Assembly: GCA_965220745.1 (NCBI GenBank)
Contig: CBDCQT010000012.1
Location: forward strand, 64,001 to 128,000
Origin: Alphaproteobacteria bacterium
Lineage (GTDB): Bacteria > Pseudomonadota > Alphaproteobacteria > UBA828
DNA length: 64,000 nucleotides
Direction of reading: 5' to 3'
A model generated the notes under the pieces. It searched no databases, had not been told where the DNA came from, and saw nothing but the letters and a program-made list of their open reading frames with translations. This document shows positions 25,276 through 37,377 of this stretch, in pieces. Both the position numbers and the translations under genes were made by a program. Each line of letters begins with the position of its first letter. The stretch's first letter is position 1.

Positions 25276-26103
25276 CTATCTGTAGGGCGAAAGCTCGGGC
25301 GGGAGTTCGTAGGACTCCCGCAGGCGGCGGTACTTGCCGGTGGCGACCATGGCGGCGACGGCGTGCTCGACCGCGTGGTGCAGCTTGTCGTTATCCGCGC
25401 GGATGGCGAAGCCGACCTCGCGCACCGGGCGGAACACGCCGTCGACCAAGCGGTTGCGCGAGTCGGGATCGGCGTCGACCGCCACCGCGCTCACGGTCTG
25501 GATAAAGTAGCCCTGCGCGTGCCCCATTGAGACCGGGAAGTGAGTCCAGCGCTCGTCGGGGAAGGAGTGGACGTGCATGGGCTCGCGGCCTGCTTCCTCG
25601 AACTCCCGGTTGAGGGCGTGGGCGAACTGCTCTCCCGTCGAGCCCGAAGTAACGGAGGTGACCCGGCCGCTCAGGTCGCCCGACTCGCGGATGCGGAATG
25701 GGTTGCCGCGTAGCACCATCAGGTGATCGCCGACCACCAGATAGGGCACGGTCTTGACGTTCGTGGGCTCTCCCCCCATGGCAAGGGTGTTGGCCGTATC
25801 CACCTCGCCCGCTGCGAGCGCCGCCGCCAGCTTCGCGCGGGGCAGGCGGACGACCTCCAGCTTGAGCCCGTGAGCCTCGGCGACGGCCTGCGCCATCTCG
25901 ACCTCGAAGCCGCGCACCACACCGTCCCTCTTGTAGGCGAATGGCTGGCCGGTGAGGGCGATGCCCACGGTGAGCGTGTTCTTGCTGTGCAGCGCCTGGT
26001 TCAGATCGACGTAGTGCGCCGCGGCCGCCGCCGGCGCGGCGACGAGCACGAGCAGGAACAGCGCGAGTCTGCGGACCATGCGTGCCATGGTGGTCCCCTT
26101 CAT
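25276..26103 (-). CDS. Polar amino-acid-type (family 3) substrate-binding protein
   Basis: Signal peptide, LTVG..QPF, GFEVEMAQAVA, MVATGKY; start may be 26088. Confidence 0.8.
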   Translation of the reverse strand: MKGTTMARMVRRLALFLLVLVAAPAAAAAHYVDLNQALHSKNTLTVGIALTGQPFAYKRDGVVRGFEVEMAQAVAEAHGLKLEVVRLPRAKLAAALAAGEVDTANTLAMGGEPTNVKTVPYLVVGDHLMVLRGNPFRIRESGDLSGRVTSVTSGSTGEQFAHALNREFEEAGREPMHVHSFPDERWTHFPVSMGHAQGYFIQTVSAVAVDADPDSRNRLVDGVFRPVREVGFAIRADNDKLHHAVEHAVAAMVATGKYRRLRESYELPPELSPYR

Positions 26104-27338
26104 GGTTCGGGCGGCGGCGGCGCGGCCTCGGGCGCGTCCGCCTCCTCGGGCGGCGGGCCCGCGCCCCGGTGCACCAGCGCCGCCAACAGCTCCTTGGCGC
26201 CGATCACGCCGACCAACCGCCCACCGTCGTCGAGCAGCGGCATCGCCCGCCCGGTCTCGTGGCGCACCTCAAGCGCGGTGCGCATGGTCGTCTCGGGCCT
26301 GCCGGCGACGATCGTGCCGTTGCCGAGCGAGTCAAGATCGAGGCCGTCACGGTACGGCACGAGCACGGCCCGCGCGCCTTCGAGGCTGAACGCCTCGGGG
26401 CGCCCGTCCGCGTCCAGCCGGCAGAACATGGCCGATGCCTCGTCGAGCAGGTGAACGTCGTCCTCGCTGCGGAGCTCGGCCAGCGGGCGCATCAACGTGA
26501 CGCCGCGCAGGACGTTGAGCGGATTCACGTTGGCGACGAACTGACGCACGTATTCGTCCGCCGGCTCGGTGACGATCTGCTCCGGCGGCCCGACCTGAAT
26601 GATGCGTCCGCCCTCCATGATGGCGATGCGCGTGCCGATCTTCAGCGCCTCGTCGAGGTCGTGGCTCACGAACAGGATGGTGCGGCGCAGCGTCTCCTGC
26701 AACGCCAGCAGCTCGTCCTGCAGGCGCTCGCGGATCAGCGGATCGAGGGCGGAGAAAGGCTCGTCCATCAGCAGGATTTCGGCATCGGTGGCGAAGGCGC
26801 GGGCGAGCCCCACGCGCTGCTGCATGCCGCCGGAAAGCTCGTGCGGGTAGTGGTCGAGCCACGAGCCCAGCCCCACCTGCTCCAGCACCTCCGCCACCCG
26901 CTTGCGGCGCTCGGCCTTGGGCACGCCGCGCACCTCCAGCCCGAAGGCGACGTTGGCGCCGATGGTCCGCCACGGCATCAGCGCGAATTGCTGGAAGACC
27001 ATGGAAACGCGGTCCATGCGCAGCCTGCGCATGAGCTTGGGGTCGCAGTCGGTGACGTCGATCTCCGTGCCGCCGTCGTCGATCAGGACCCGTCCGCGCG
27101 TGGCCTGGTTGAGGCCGTTGACGCAGCGGAGCAGGGTCGACTTGCCGGAGCCCGAGAGCCCCATGAGGACGAAGATCTCGCCGGCCTCGACCTGAAGCGA
27201 GGCATCCTGCACGCCGACCACCTGGCCGGTCTCCTCGAAGATGCGGTCCTTGTCGGCGCCGGCATCGAGCAGGGCAATCGCCTCCTTGACCCGCCGGCCA
27301 AAGATGACATCGACCCGGTCGAAGGTGATGACGGCCAT
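26100..27338 (-). CDS. choV: Choline ABC transporter ATP-binding protein
   Basis: MGLSGSGKST, VFQQFALMPW, LSGGMQQRVGLARAFA; operon context. Confidence 0.9.
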   Translation of the reverse strand: MAVITFDRVDVIFGRRVKEAIALLDAGADKDRIFEETGQVVGVQDASLQVEAGEIFVLMGLSGSGKSTLLRCVNGLNQATRGRVLIDDGGTEIDVTDCDPKLMRRLRMDRVSMVFQQFALMPWRTIGANVAFGLEVRGVPKAERRKRVAEVLEQVGLGSWLDHYPHELSGGMQQRVGLARAFATDAEILLMDEPFSALDPLIRERLQDELLALQETLRRTILFVSHDLDEALKIGTRIAIMEGGRIIQVGPPEQIVTEPADEYVRQFVANVNPLNVLRGVTLMRPLAELRSEDDVHLLDEASAMFCRLDADGRPEAFSLEGARAVLVPYRDGLDLDSLGNGTIVAGRPETTMRTALEVRHETGRAMPLLDDGGRLVGVIGAKELLAALVHRGAGPPPEEADAPEAAPPPPEP

Positions 27339-28213
27339 CAGCGTGCGGCGGAGCCGCGCTTGCCCTTGCGCCTCTCGACCTGCTTCAGGATGCGATCGAG
27401 CACAATGGCGACGACCACGATGGCCAGTCCGGCCTCGAAGCCCTGCGCGACGTTGACCGTGGTGAGCGCACGCACCACCGGCACGCCGAGGCCGTCGGCC
27501 CCCACCAGGGCTGCGATCACCACCATCGAGAGCGAGAGCATGATGCACTGGGTAACCCCCTGCATGATGCTCGGCATGGCATGAGGAAGCTCGACCTTGA
27601 GCAGAAGCTGCGTGTCGCTGGCGCCGAAGGCGCGGCCCGCCTCCAGCAGCGGTCGGGGCGCGCTGGAGATGCCGAGATGGGTGAGGCGGATGGGCGCCGG
27701 GATGGCGAAGATCACGGTGGAGATCAGCCCCGGCACCAGGCCGAGCCCGAAGAAGGTGAGCGTCGGGATCAGATAGACGAAGGGCGGGATGGTCTGCATC
27801 AGATCGAGGATCGGCCGCAGCATCCGGTAGAGCCAGGGCCGGTGCGCCGCAGCGATGCCGATGGGCACGCCCACCAGGATGCAGACGACGGTGGACGCCG
27901 AGACCAGCACCACCGTGAACAGCATCTCGTCCCAGTAGCCGATGTTGAGGACCAGCAGCAGCCCGATGACCACGCCGATCACGAGCACGATGCTGCGATG
28001 CAGATAAAAGGCGACAGCCGCCACGAGGAAGACAAAGACCGGCGGCGGGATCAGGCCGAGGAAGTAGGCGAAGGCTTCGAGCACCCAGTCCAGGCCGCCG
28101 GAGAACGCTCGAAGCTCGTGGAAGAAGTTGTCCTTGATGAACTCGATTGCGTTGGCGACCCACTTGCCGATCGGAATTTTCTCGGTAAGGACTCCGAGAT
28201 CGTCGGTGCCCAT
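27338..28213 (-). CDS. choW: Choline ABC transporter permease
   Basis: RPILDLMQTIPPFVYLIP, QCIMLSLSMVVIAALVGADGLG. Confidence 0.9.
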   Translation of the reverse strand: MGTDDLGVLTEKIPIGKWVANAIEFIKDNFFHELRAFSGGLDWVLEAFAYFLGLIPPPVFVFLVAAVAFYLHRSIVLVIGVVIGLLLVLNIGYWDEMLFTVVLVSASTVVCILVGVPIGIAAAHRPWLYRMLRPILDLMQTIPPFVYLIPTLTFFGLGLVPGLISTVIFAIPAPIRLTHLGISSAPRPLLEAGRAFGASDTQLLLKVELPHAMPSIMQGVTQCIMLSLSMVVIAALVGADGLGVPVVRALTTVNVAQGFEAGLAIVVVAIVLDRILKQVERRKGKRGSAAR

Positions 28214-28309
28214 GACGCCCCTCCCCGACCGGACGGGACAGGCGGCCGGCGCCTCTCAGCACCGACCGCCCGCAGACTCGGCCCGCTGGACCGCCCGCGT
28301 AATCGGTCG

Positions 28310-29260
28310 CTACATGCCGAGATGGGCCTTCACGGCAGCCGCGCCATCCTGGCCGTCAAGCGTGGTCACGCCCGTGAGCCACTCGTCGACCAGCTCGGGG
28401 TGCATCTCGACGAGCTTCCGGGCGGCCGCCTGCGGGTCCATCCCGTCGTCGAGCATATAGCCCATCATCTCGTTCTCAAGCGCCAACGAGAAGCGCAGGT
28501 TCTTCAGCAGCGCGCCCACGTTGGGGCAGGCCTCGGTATAGCCGGCGTGGGCCAGCGTGTAGACCGTGGCGCCGCCGAAGTTGGCGCCGAAGTAGTCGTC
28601 GCCGCCATCGAGATAGCTCATGTCGAAGCGGCGGTTCATGGGATGCGGCTCCCAGCCGAGGAAGACGATCCACTCGTCGCTCCTGACCGCGGCCTCGACC
28701 TGGGAGAGCATGCCCTGCTCGCTCGATTCCACGACCTCGAAGCCACTGAGGCCGAAGGCGTTGTCGTCGATCATGCCCTGGATGATCATGTTGCCGTCGT
28801 TGCCGGGCTCGATGCCGTAGAACTTGCTGTCGAACTTGTCGGCATGGGCGGCGATGTCGCCGAAGGTCTTGACCCCTGCCTCGAAAACATAGGTGGGCAC
28901 GGCGAGGGTGTACTTGGCGCCCTCGAGATTGACGCCCACGTTCTCGACGGTGCCGTCGTTGAAGTAGGGGTCGATCATGCTCTGCTGGGTCGGCAGCCAG
29001 AGCCCGAGAAAGGCGTCGATATCGCCGTTGGAAAGGCTGGCGAAGGTCACCGGCACCGAAAGCACGGTCGCCTTCGGCTCGTAGCCGAGCCCTTCGAGGA
29101 CGGTGGTTGCCACGGCGGTGGTCGCCGTGATGCAGCTCCAGCCGACATCCGAGAATTCCACCTCGCTGCAGGTGGCGGCGTCGTCGGCATAAGCATTGCC
29201 CGCCATGGCCGCGGCGCCCATGGCGACGGCGGCGATTGCAGATGTCATCCGAATGTGCAT
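28310..29260 (-). CDS. choX: Choline ABC transporter substrate-binding protein
   Basis: FSDVGW, GAKYTLAVP, GIEPGNDGN, FLGWEPHPMN. Confidence 0.92.
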   Translation of the reverse strand: MHIRMTSAIAAVAMGAAAMAGNAYADDAATCSEVEFSDVGWSCITATTAVATTVLEGLGYEPKATVLSVPVTFASLSNGDIDAFLGLWLPTQQSMIDPYFNDGTVENVGVNLEGAKYTLAVPTYVFEAGVKTFGDIAAHADKFDSKFYGIEPGNDGNMIIQGMIDDNAFGLSGFEVVESSEQGMLSQVEAAVRSDEWIVFLGWEPHPMNRRFDMSYLDGGDDYFGANFGGATVYTLAHAGYTEACPNVGALLKNLRFSLALENEMMGYMLDDGMDPQAAARKLVEMHPELVDEWLTGVTTLDGQDGAAAVKAHLGM

Positions 29261-29307
29261 TGAACCCTCCCTCACGCTCGCTTCGTTCAGGCGACTCTCG
29301 CAATCTT

Positions 29308-29336
29308 TTGTTGATTGGTCAACCAACCAATATAAT
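29308..29336 (+). promoter_or_regulatory. Sigma70 promoter of betI overlapping a probable BetI operator
   Basis: TTGTTG-N17-TATAAT; spacer has dyad TTGG-TCAA-CCAA in the divergent choX/betI gap. Confidence 0.7.
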
Positions 29337-29359
29337 GGTCCCGAGTACAGGAGTAGCCG

Positions 29360-29941
29360 ATGCCAAAGACCGGAATGGCGCCCGTGCGCCGGCGCGCCTT
29401 CGTCGAGGCCGCGATCAGGAGCATTCACGACCGGGGGTTCGTCGACCTGACTACCGGCGACGTCGCGCGGGAGGCCGGCCTCTCCCAGGGGCTGGTCCAC
29501 CACTACTTCGGCTCCAAGGGCGCGCTCATCATCGCCACCATGCGCCACCTCCTGATCGAGTTCGGCGCCGGCATCAGGGAGCGCCTGCGCGAAGCCAAGA
29601 CCCCGCGCGAGCGGCTTTCCGCGATCATGGACGGCAGCTTCTGCGACGAGCAGCTCCAGCCCGAGGTGATCTCCGCCTGGCTCACGTTCTACGTGCAGGC
29701 CCTTACGGAGCCGGAGGTGCGCCGCTTGCTGCTCATCTACCAACGCCGGCTGATCAGCAACCTGCGTCACGAGTACCGGCAGTTGCCGACGCGGGAGACG
29801 GCGGAAATCGCCGCCGAATCCACCGCGGCCATGATCGACGGGCTGTGGCTCCGCCGCGTTCTCGGTGACACGGAGCCCCACGGCGAGAGCGCGATGGCGA
29901 TCATGGAGGCGCACATCGACAGCCAGCTCGAGTCTTTTTGA
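29360..29941 (+). CDS. betI: Choline-responsive TetR-family repressor
   Basis: MPKTGMAPVRR, HHYFGSK, AWLTFY, RRLISNL, IDGLWLR. Confidence 0.93.
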   Translation: MPKTGMAPVRRRAFVEAAIRSIHDRGFVDLTTGDVAREAGLSQGLVHHYFGSKGALIIATMRHLLIEFGAGIRERLREAKTPRERLSAIMDGSFCDEQLQPEVISAWLTFYVQALTEPEVRRLLLIYQRRLISNLRHEYRQLPTRETAEIAAESTAAMIDGLWLRRVLGDTEPHGESAMAIMEAHIDSQLESF

Positions 29942-29943
29942 TG

Positions 29944-30029
29944 TCCCTCAAGCGCCGGGCGCTCACTCCGTTCGCTTGGCTCTGCGCTACGCGCGCGGCG
30001 CGGTCGCGCCGTCCGGGCCTTCGGCCCGG
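29944..30029 (+). repeat. GC-rich repeat, copy 1 (inverted relative to 31752-31865)
   Basis: Reverse complement matches the copy downstream of betA in two blocks. Confidence 0.8.
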
Positions 30030-30079
30030 TGCTCCTGACCGAGCGGCGGCGGGCGCGTGATCTCGATAACTGCAGATCG

Positions 30080-31750
30080 ATGACCGCCCGCTTCGACGAC
30101 GAGTTCGACTATGTGATCGTGGGATCGGGGTCCGCCGGCTGTGTGCTCGCCGCGCGGCTCTCCGAAGACGAGCGCAACCGCGTGCTGGTGCTGGAGCACG
30201 GCGGCACCGATGCCGGCCCGCTTATTCAGATGCCGGCCGCCCTCTCCTACCCCATGAACATGCCCCGCTACGACTGGGGCTTCGTGACCGAGCCCGAGCC
30301 CCACCTCGGCGGGCGGCGGCTCGCGACGCCGCGCGGCAAGGTGATCGGCGGCTCCTCCTCCATCAACGGCATGGTCTACGTGCGCGGCAACGCCTGCGAC
30401 TTCGACACCTGGGAGGAGCTGGGCGCGGCGGGCTGGGGCTATCGCCACGTGCTGCCCTACTACCGGCGCATGGAGCACGCGCACGGCGGGCAGGCCGGGT
30501 GGCGCGGCAGCGACGGCCCGCTCCATATCACCCGCGGGCCGATGGAGAACCCCCTCTACAAGGGCTTCGTCAAGGCGGGCGAGCAGGCCGGCTACGCGGT
30601 CACGGCCGACTACAACGGCGAGCGCCAGGAAGGGTTCGGCGCCATGGAGATGACCGTGTGGCGCGGGCGCCGCTGGTCAGCCGCCAACGCCTATCTCAAG
30701 TCCGCGCTGCAGCGCCGCAACTTAGCGCTCCGGTCGCGGGCCCACGTCCGTCGCGTGGTGATGGAGGGCAAGCGCGCGGTCGGCGTCGAGTACGAGACCG
30801 GCGGCACGATCCGTCGCGTGCGCGCGAACGCCGAGGTCATCCTCGCGGCGTCGTCGATCAACTCGCCGAAGCTCCTCATGCTCTCCGGCATCGGCCGGGC
30901 AGAGCAGCTGCAGGAGCACGGCATCGAGGTCGTGGCCGACCGGCCCGGCGTCGGCGCCAACCTGCAGGACCATCTGGAAATTTACCTGCAAGTGAAGTGC
31001 CGGCAGCCGATCACGCTCTATCGCCACTGGAACCTGTTCTCCAAGGCCATGATCGGCGCGCGCTGGCTCATGTTCAGGGACGGGCTCGGCGCCACCAATC
31101 ACTTCGAATCCTGCGGGTTCATCCGCTCCCGTGCGGGCGTCAGGTACCCGAACATCCAGTACCACTTCCTGCCCTTCGCGGTGCGCTACGACGGCAAGGC
31201 CGCCGCCGAAGGCCACGGCTTCCAGACCCACGTCGGGCCGATGCGCTCGAAGTCGCGGGGCCGGGTGCGGCTCACGTCATCGGAGCCCGCGGCGGCGCCC
31301 TCGATCCTCTTCAACTACATGTCCCACGAGGAGGACTGGCAGATTTTTCGGGCCTGCATCCGGCTGACGCGGGAGATTCTCTCGCAGCCCGCGCTCGCCG
31401 ATTACACAGGCGAGGAGATCGCGCCGGGCTCGAAGGTGCAGAGCGACGACGAGATCGACGCGTTCGTGGAGGGTGCCGTGGAGAGCGCCTACCATCCCTG
31501 CGGCACCTGCCGCATGGGCGCGGCCGACGATGCCGACGCGGTGGTTGACCCAGCCTGCCGCGTCATCGGGGTGGATGGGCTGCGCGTGGCCGACAGCTCG
31601 ATCTTCCCGCACATCACCAACGGCAACCTCAACGCGCCCTCCATCATGGTGGGCGAGAAGGCGTCGGACCACATTCTCGGCCGCGAGCCGCTGCCGCCGG
31701 CCAACGACGTGCCCTGGGTCCACCCCGACTGGGAGAACCAGCAACGCTAG
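30080..31750 (+). CDS. betA: Choline dehydrogenase
   Basis: [46 protein letters not shown]. Confidence 0.96.
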   Translation: MTARFDDEFDYVIVGSGSAGCVLAARLSEDERNRVLVLEHGGTDAGPLIQMPAALSYPMNMPRYDWGFVTEPEPHLGGRRLATPRGKVIGGSSSINGMVYVRGNACDFDTWEELGAAGWGYRHVLPYYRRMEHAHGGQAGWRGSDGPLHITRGPMENPLYKGFVKAGEQAGYAVTADYNGERQEGFGAMEMTVWRGRRWSAANAYLKSALQRRNLALRSRAHVRRVVMEGKRAVGVEYETGGTIRRVRANAEVILAASSINSPKLLMLSGIGRAEQLQEHGIEVVADRPGVGANLQDHLEIYLQVKCRQPITLYRHWNLFSKAMIGARWLMFRDGLGATNHFESCGFIRSRAGVRYPNIQYHFLPFAVRYDGKAAAEGHGFQTHVGPMRSKSRGRVRLTSSEPAAAPSILFNYMSHEEDWQIFRACIRLTREILSQPALADYTGEEIAPGSKVQSDDEIDAFVEGAVESAYHPCGTCRMGAADDADAVVDPACRVIGVDGLRVADSSIFPHITNGNLNAPSIMVGEKASDHILGREPLPPANDVPWVHPDWENQQR

Positions 31751-31751
31751 G

Positions 31752-31865
31752 CCGGGCCGCAGGCCCGGACGGCGCGACTGCGCCGCGCGCGAATGCGCGT
31801 AGCGTCGTGCGGCCACGCGCGCGGAGCGCGCGATCGAGCGGAGCGAGCGCCCGGCGCCTGAGGGA
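31752..31865 (-). repeat. GC-rich repeat, copy 2 (inverted, with internal insertion)
   Basis: CCGGGCCGCAGGCCCGGACGGCGCGACTGCGCCGCGCGCG...GAGCGCCCGGCGCCTGAGGGA. Confidence 0.8.
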
Positions 31866-31965
31866 AATGAACAGTCGTGGCCCACCGGTGTTGCCCGCCC
31901 CCGCCCCCGGTGAGACAGTGGGCTGAAATTGATTCGCAACTGACGACAGCGACAAGGAGGGAGCG

Positions 31966-33074
<1,109 letters not shown>

Positions 33075-33075
<1 letters not shown>

Positions 33076-34925
33076 TGGCGCTGGGCAGGGACGCCAACGG
33101 GCGCCCCCGCCTCCGGGCGGCGGCCCGGTGGCTGCTGCCGGCGGCGGCTCTGGTCGCGCTGGCGCTGGCGAGCGCGCCGGCCCTAGCGACGTCCACCCAC
33201 GGAATCGCGATGCACGGGGCGCCGAAGTACGGCTCTGACTTCCAGCACCTCGACTATGTCAACCCGGACGCGCCCAAGGGCGGCGAGCTTCGGCGTGCCG
33301 TCACGGGCACCTTCGATAGTCTCAATCCGTTCATCATCAAGGGCGTGGCAGCGCCGGGGCGGCACCTTACCTTCGAGAGCCTGCTCAAGCGCACCTGGGA
33401 CGAGCCCTTCTCCCTCTACGGTCTGATCGCCGAATCGGTGGAGGTGCCGGACGACCGCTCATCCGTCCTGTTCCGCCTGCGGCCGGAAGCGCGCTTCCAC
33501 GACGGCAGCCCGATCACGGTCGACGACGTGATTTTCTCGTGGGAGACGCTGAAGGAGCAGGGCCGCCCCAACCACCGGCTCTATTACAACAAGGTGCGGA
33601 AGATCGAACGGCCAGACGAGCGCTCGGTGCACTTTTTCTTCGACACCGAGACGCCGGACCGCGAGCTGCCGCTAATCCTCGGGCTCATGCCGATCATCTC
33701 GAAGGCCTATTATTCGTCGGTCACGTTCGAGGAAACGACGCTGACGCCGCCGCTCGGCAGCGGCCCCTACAAGATCGAGAGCGTCGATGCCGGTCGCGGC
33801 ATCGTCTACCGCCGCGATCCCGACTACTGGGGGCGGAACCTGCCGATCAACCAGGGGCAGCACAACTTCGACCGCATCAGCTACGACTACTACCGCGACG
33901 ACGAAGTGATGATGGAGGCGTTCCGCGCGGGCGAGTACGACCTGCGCCTGGAACGCTCGGCGACCCGGTGGGCGACCGGCTACGACTTTCCGGCGGTGGA
34001 GGACGGCCGAGTCACCATCGAGCAGCTGCCGCACGGGCGCCCTTCCGGCATGTTCGCCCTCGTCTACAACACGCGGAGGGCGATGTTCCAGGATCGCGCG
34101 GTCCGCTACGCGCTCTCGCTCGCCTTCGATTTCGAGTGGGTGAACCGGGCGCTGCTGCAGGGCGCCTACGTGCGCACCAACAGCATCTTCGACAACTCGG
34201 AGCTGGGCTCGCGCGGCCTGCCGGAGAGCGGCGAGCTGGCCCTGCTGGAGCCCCATCGCGATCGGCTCTGGCCCGAGGTGTTCGATACCCCCTACCACGC
34301 GCCCGCCGTGGAAGGAGGTCTGCGCAAGAACCTCGCGACAGCCAGGCGCCTGCTGGCGAAGGCCGGATGGCGAGTGCAGGACGGGACGCTCCGGCGGGCG
34401 GCGGATGGCCTTCCGCTCGCGTTCGAGATCCTGCTGGTCAATCCGGGAAACGAGAAAATCGGGCTCGCGTTCGCGCGCAATCTCGAGCGCCTCGGCGTCG
34501 AGGCCAAGGTGCGCACTGTGGACACCGCGCAGTACCAGTACCGGCGCAACGTCTATGACTTCGACATGATCATCTACCGCTGGGGCATGTCGCTCTCACC
34601 GGGCAACGAGCAGGCGTTCTACTGGGGCGTCGCCGCGGCGGACGAGGAAGGCACGCGCAACTATCCGGGAATCAAGGATCCGGTCGTCGACGAACTCATC
34701 GCCCGCATGACCCAGGCGCGGGAGCGCGGGGACTTCGTCGACACCATCCGCGCCATGGACCGGGTGATTCTGTGGGGGCACTACCTCCTCCCCCTCTATC
34801 ACCTGAACGACGACCGCTACGCCTACTGGAGCAAGTTCGGCCGGCCCAATGTGATACCGGTCTATGGCACCGTTCTCGATGCGTGGTGGGAGGAGCCCGG
34901 CAAGGCCGAAACGCTCGACCGCTGA
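33075..34925 (+). CDS. YejA-like family 5 extracellular solute-binding protein
   Basis: YVNPDAPKGG, TFDSLNPF, PLGSGPY, SPGNEQ. Confidence 0.88.
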
Positions 34926-35046
34926 CGAGCGGCCCCCTCCTCCGCCGTCTCTTATGTCGCGGCTCGGCGCGGTTGATGCGCCCGGCCGCTGGCCCTACGT
35001 TGTGGCGCCACGACACATCAATCCACGGACCAAAGGGAGATCGTCG

Positions 35047-36234
35047 ATGTTGAAACGAATGGTGGGCGCCGTCATGGCCGGCGCGCTCGTTGCCGGCGGA
35101 GCGACCGCTGTGCAGGCGGACGACCACGAGATCGTGGTCGGCTTCGCCGTCTCGACCAGCGGCTGGCAGGCGGCCTACACCGGCCCCGCGACGCTCGCGG
35201 CGCAGATCAGGCTCGAGGAGATCAACGCCGCAGGCGGGCTGCTCGGCAAGCAGCTCGTGATCGCCCAAGCGGACTCGAAGTCCGAGCGCGAGGAAGGCGT
35301 CAAGGCGGGCCAGATCGTCATCGACGATGGCGCGAGCGTGGTCTTCGTCGACTGCGACTTCGACATGGGCGCGCCGGCCGCCAACGTGGCGCAGAATGCG
35401 GGCCTGATCTCGTTCTTCCTCTGCGCCGGCGACGCCAAGGCCGGCATCGAGGGCATCGGCCCCTTCGCCTTCACCGGCGGCCAAGCGGCGCATCTCGACG
35501 GCGCCTCCATCGCCACTTACGCCTACGATAATCGCGGCGCGCGCACGGCCTACCTGCTGCGTGACGACACCATCGAGTACAACAAGTCGGTCTGTGCCGG
35601 CTTCGAGTGGGCCTGGCCGCGCATGGAAGGCACCACGATGCTGGGCCTCGACGTGTTCCAGAACAACGACCCGTCGATCCAGGGCCAGATCGACCGCATC
35701 AAGGCCCTCGACACGAAGCCTGACGTGATCGCGGTTTGCTCCTACGTGCCGGGTGCTGCGTCCGCCATCAAGCAGCTCAGGGCGTCCGGCGTGGAGACGC
35801 TGATCGTCTCCGGCGTCGCGATGGACGGCCACTACTGGCTCGACGCCGTGCCGAACCTCAGCAACTTCTGCGCGGCCGCGTTCAGCTCGCTCTACGGCGG
35901 TGCCGGCGAGGAGGTCGAGGCGTTCTTCAAGAAGCTGGAGGCCAAGGAAGGCGAGCCGACCGCCACCTCGCTCCCCATCGCGGGCTACGTGCTGATGGAC
36001 CTCTGGGCCAAGGCCGTCGAGAGCGCCGGCACGGTGGATTCGGCAGCGGTCACGGCCGAGATGGAGAAGTTCACGGACGAGCCCACGCTGATGGGCCCGC
36101 GCAGCTTCTCCGACCGGCTCCACATTCAGGACAAGGCGCGTTACGCCATCATCTGCACCGATGACGGCAAGCCACGGATGGAGGGCTACGTGACCGCAGG
36201 CCCGATTCCGAAGGACGTCATTCTCAAGAACTAG
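35047..36234 (+). CDS. LivK-like substrate-binding protein, paralogue of 7317-8546
   Basis: ADDHEIVVGFA, CDFDMGAPAA, DAKAGIEGIGP shared with the first SBP. Confidence 0.88.
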   Translation: MLKRMVGAVMAGALVAGGATAVQADDHEIVVGFAVSTSGWQAAYTGPATLAAQIRLEEINAAGGLLGKQLVIAQADSKSEREEGVKAGQIVIDDGASVVFVDCDFDMGAPAANVAQNAGLISFFLCAGDAKAGIEGIGPFAFTGGQAAHLDGASIATYAYDNRGARTAYLLRDDTIEYNKSVCAGFEWAWPRMEGTTMLGLDVFQNNDPSIQGQIDRIKALDTKPDVIAVCSYVPGAASAIKQLRASGVETLIVSGVAMDGHYWLDAVPNLSNFCAAAFSSLYGGAGEEVEAFFKKLEAKEGEPTATSLPIAGYVLMDLWAKAVESAGTVDSAAVTAEMEKFTDEPTLMGPRSFSDRLHIQDKARYAIICTDDGKPRMEGYVTAGPIPKDVILKN

Positions 36235-36321
36235 CACTCGGGGCGGGGTCCGCAGCCGACGCCGCGGGCCCCGCGATCCGCGCTGGATAGCGGCGCGCGT
36301 AAGGAAAAAAGGGAGACAGTT

Positions 36322-36795
36322 ATGGCGGCAAGCGACCTGGAACGTCGCGTCGAGACACTCGAATCGGTCGAGGCGATCAAGCGGCTGAAACACCAGTACT
36401 GCGCCTATTGCGATGACGGCTACGACGCCGATGGCATCGCCGGGCAGTTCGTCGAGGATGGGATCTGGGATGGCGGCGAAGATTTTGGCCGCCACGAGGG
36501 GCGCGCGGCAATCCATGCCCACTTCGCGCGGGTCTCCTCGCAGATCGTCTTCGCCGGCCACCTGGTGATGAACGAAATCATCGACGTGGACCTGGATAAC
36601 GACAGCGCGCGCGGGCACTGGTGGATCATCATGCCGGCGACCATCATGATGGAGGGCGTGAAGACGGCGGTCTGGCTCCTCGGCGAATACGAGGATCACT
36701 ACGTGCGCCGCGACGGCACCTGGCTTTACCAGACGCTGACGGTCGACATCCACTTCGTGAAGCCGCACAAGGACGGCTGGGTGGACGCAGCATGA
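36322..36795 (+). CDS. NTF2/SnoaL-like (LinA/BaiE-type) protein
   Basis: LESVEAIKRLKHQYC..D, GHLVMN, GEYEDHY...W. Confidence 0.85.
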   Translation: MAASDLERRVETLESVEAIKRLKHQYCAYCDDGYDADGIAGQFVEDGIWDGGEDFGRHEGRAAIHAHFARVSSQIVFAGHLVMNEIIDVDLDNDSARGHWWIIMPATIMMEGVKTAVWLLGEYEDHYVRRDGTWLYQTLTVDIHFVKPHKDGWVDAA

Positions 36796-37256
36796 GCGCG
36801 ACCCTGGAAGAGCGCATCCAGCGGCTCGAGGACATCGAGGCCATCCGCTGCCTCAAGTACCGCTATATGTCCTACGCCGACGACGGCTACGACGCAGACG
36901 GCATCGTGACGTTGATGACGCCTGATGCGGTCTGGGACGGCGGCGAGGCCTTCGGCCGGCAGGAGGGCGCCGAGGCCTTCGGCAACATGGTGCGCGAGGT
37001 CGGCAAGCAGATCAGCTTCGCCGCCCATCTGGCGCTGAACGAGATCATCGACGTGGACGGCGACACCGCGCGCGGCCAGTGGTGGCTGCTGATGCCGTGC
37101 ACAGCGCTGAACGAGGACGGCAAGGACGAGGCGCGCTGGATCTTCGCGAGCTACGACGACCGGCTGGTGAAGCGCGACGGGCAGTGGCTCTTCGCCCACA
37201 CGATCTTCGACGTGAAGACCTTCTGCGCCCACAAGGACGGCTGGGCGGAGGCTTAG
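36792..37256 (+). CDS. NTF2/SnoaL-like protein, tandem paralogue
   Basis: LEDIEAIRCLKYRY..YAD, AHLALNEIIDVDGDTARG; ATGA overlap. Confidence 0.85.
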   Translation: MSATLEERIQRLEDIEAIRCLKYRYMSYADDGYDADGIVTLMTPDAVWDGGEAFGRQEGAEAFGNMVREVGKQISFAAHLALNEIIDVDGDTARGQWWLLMPCTALNEDGKDEARWIFASYDDRLVKRDGQWLFAHTIFDVKTFCAHKDGWAEA

Positions 37257-37287
37257 CGGGGCTCGGAAACGGGCGGGTTTCCTCTCC

Positions 37288-37377
37288 TCACGCTACGTCG
37301 CGCGGACGAATAGCGCGCAAGGCGTCAGAATTCGCCCGCTCGGCGATATCCAGCTCGTAGCGGTCCTGAAAGTTAAC
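37288..37377 (-). pseudogene. 3' fragment of a HigA-family antitoxin gene at the island's left edge
   Basis: Translates VNFQDRYELDIAERANSDALRAIRPRDVA*, matching the HigA C-terminal NLQxRY(D/E)L pattern. Confidence 0.6.
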
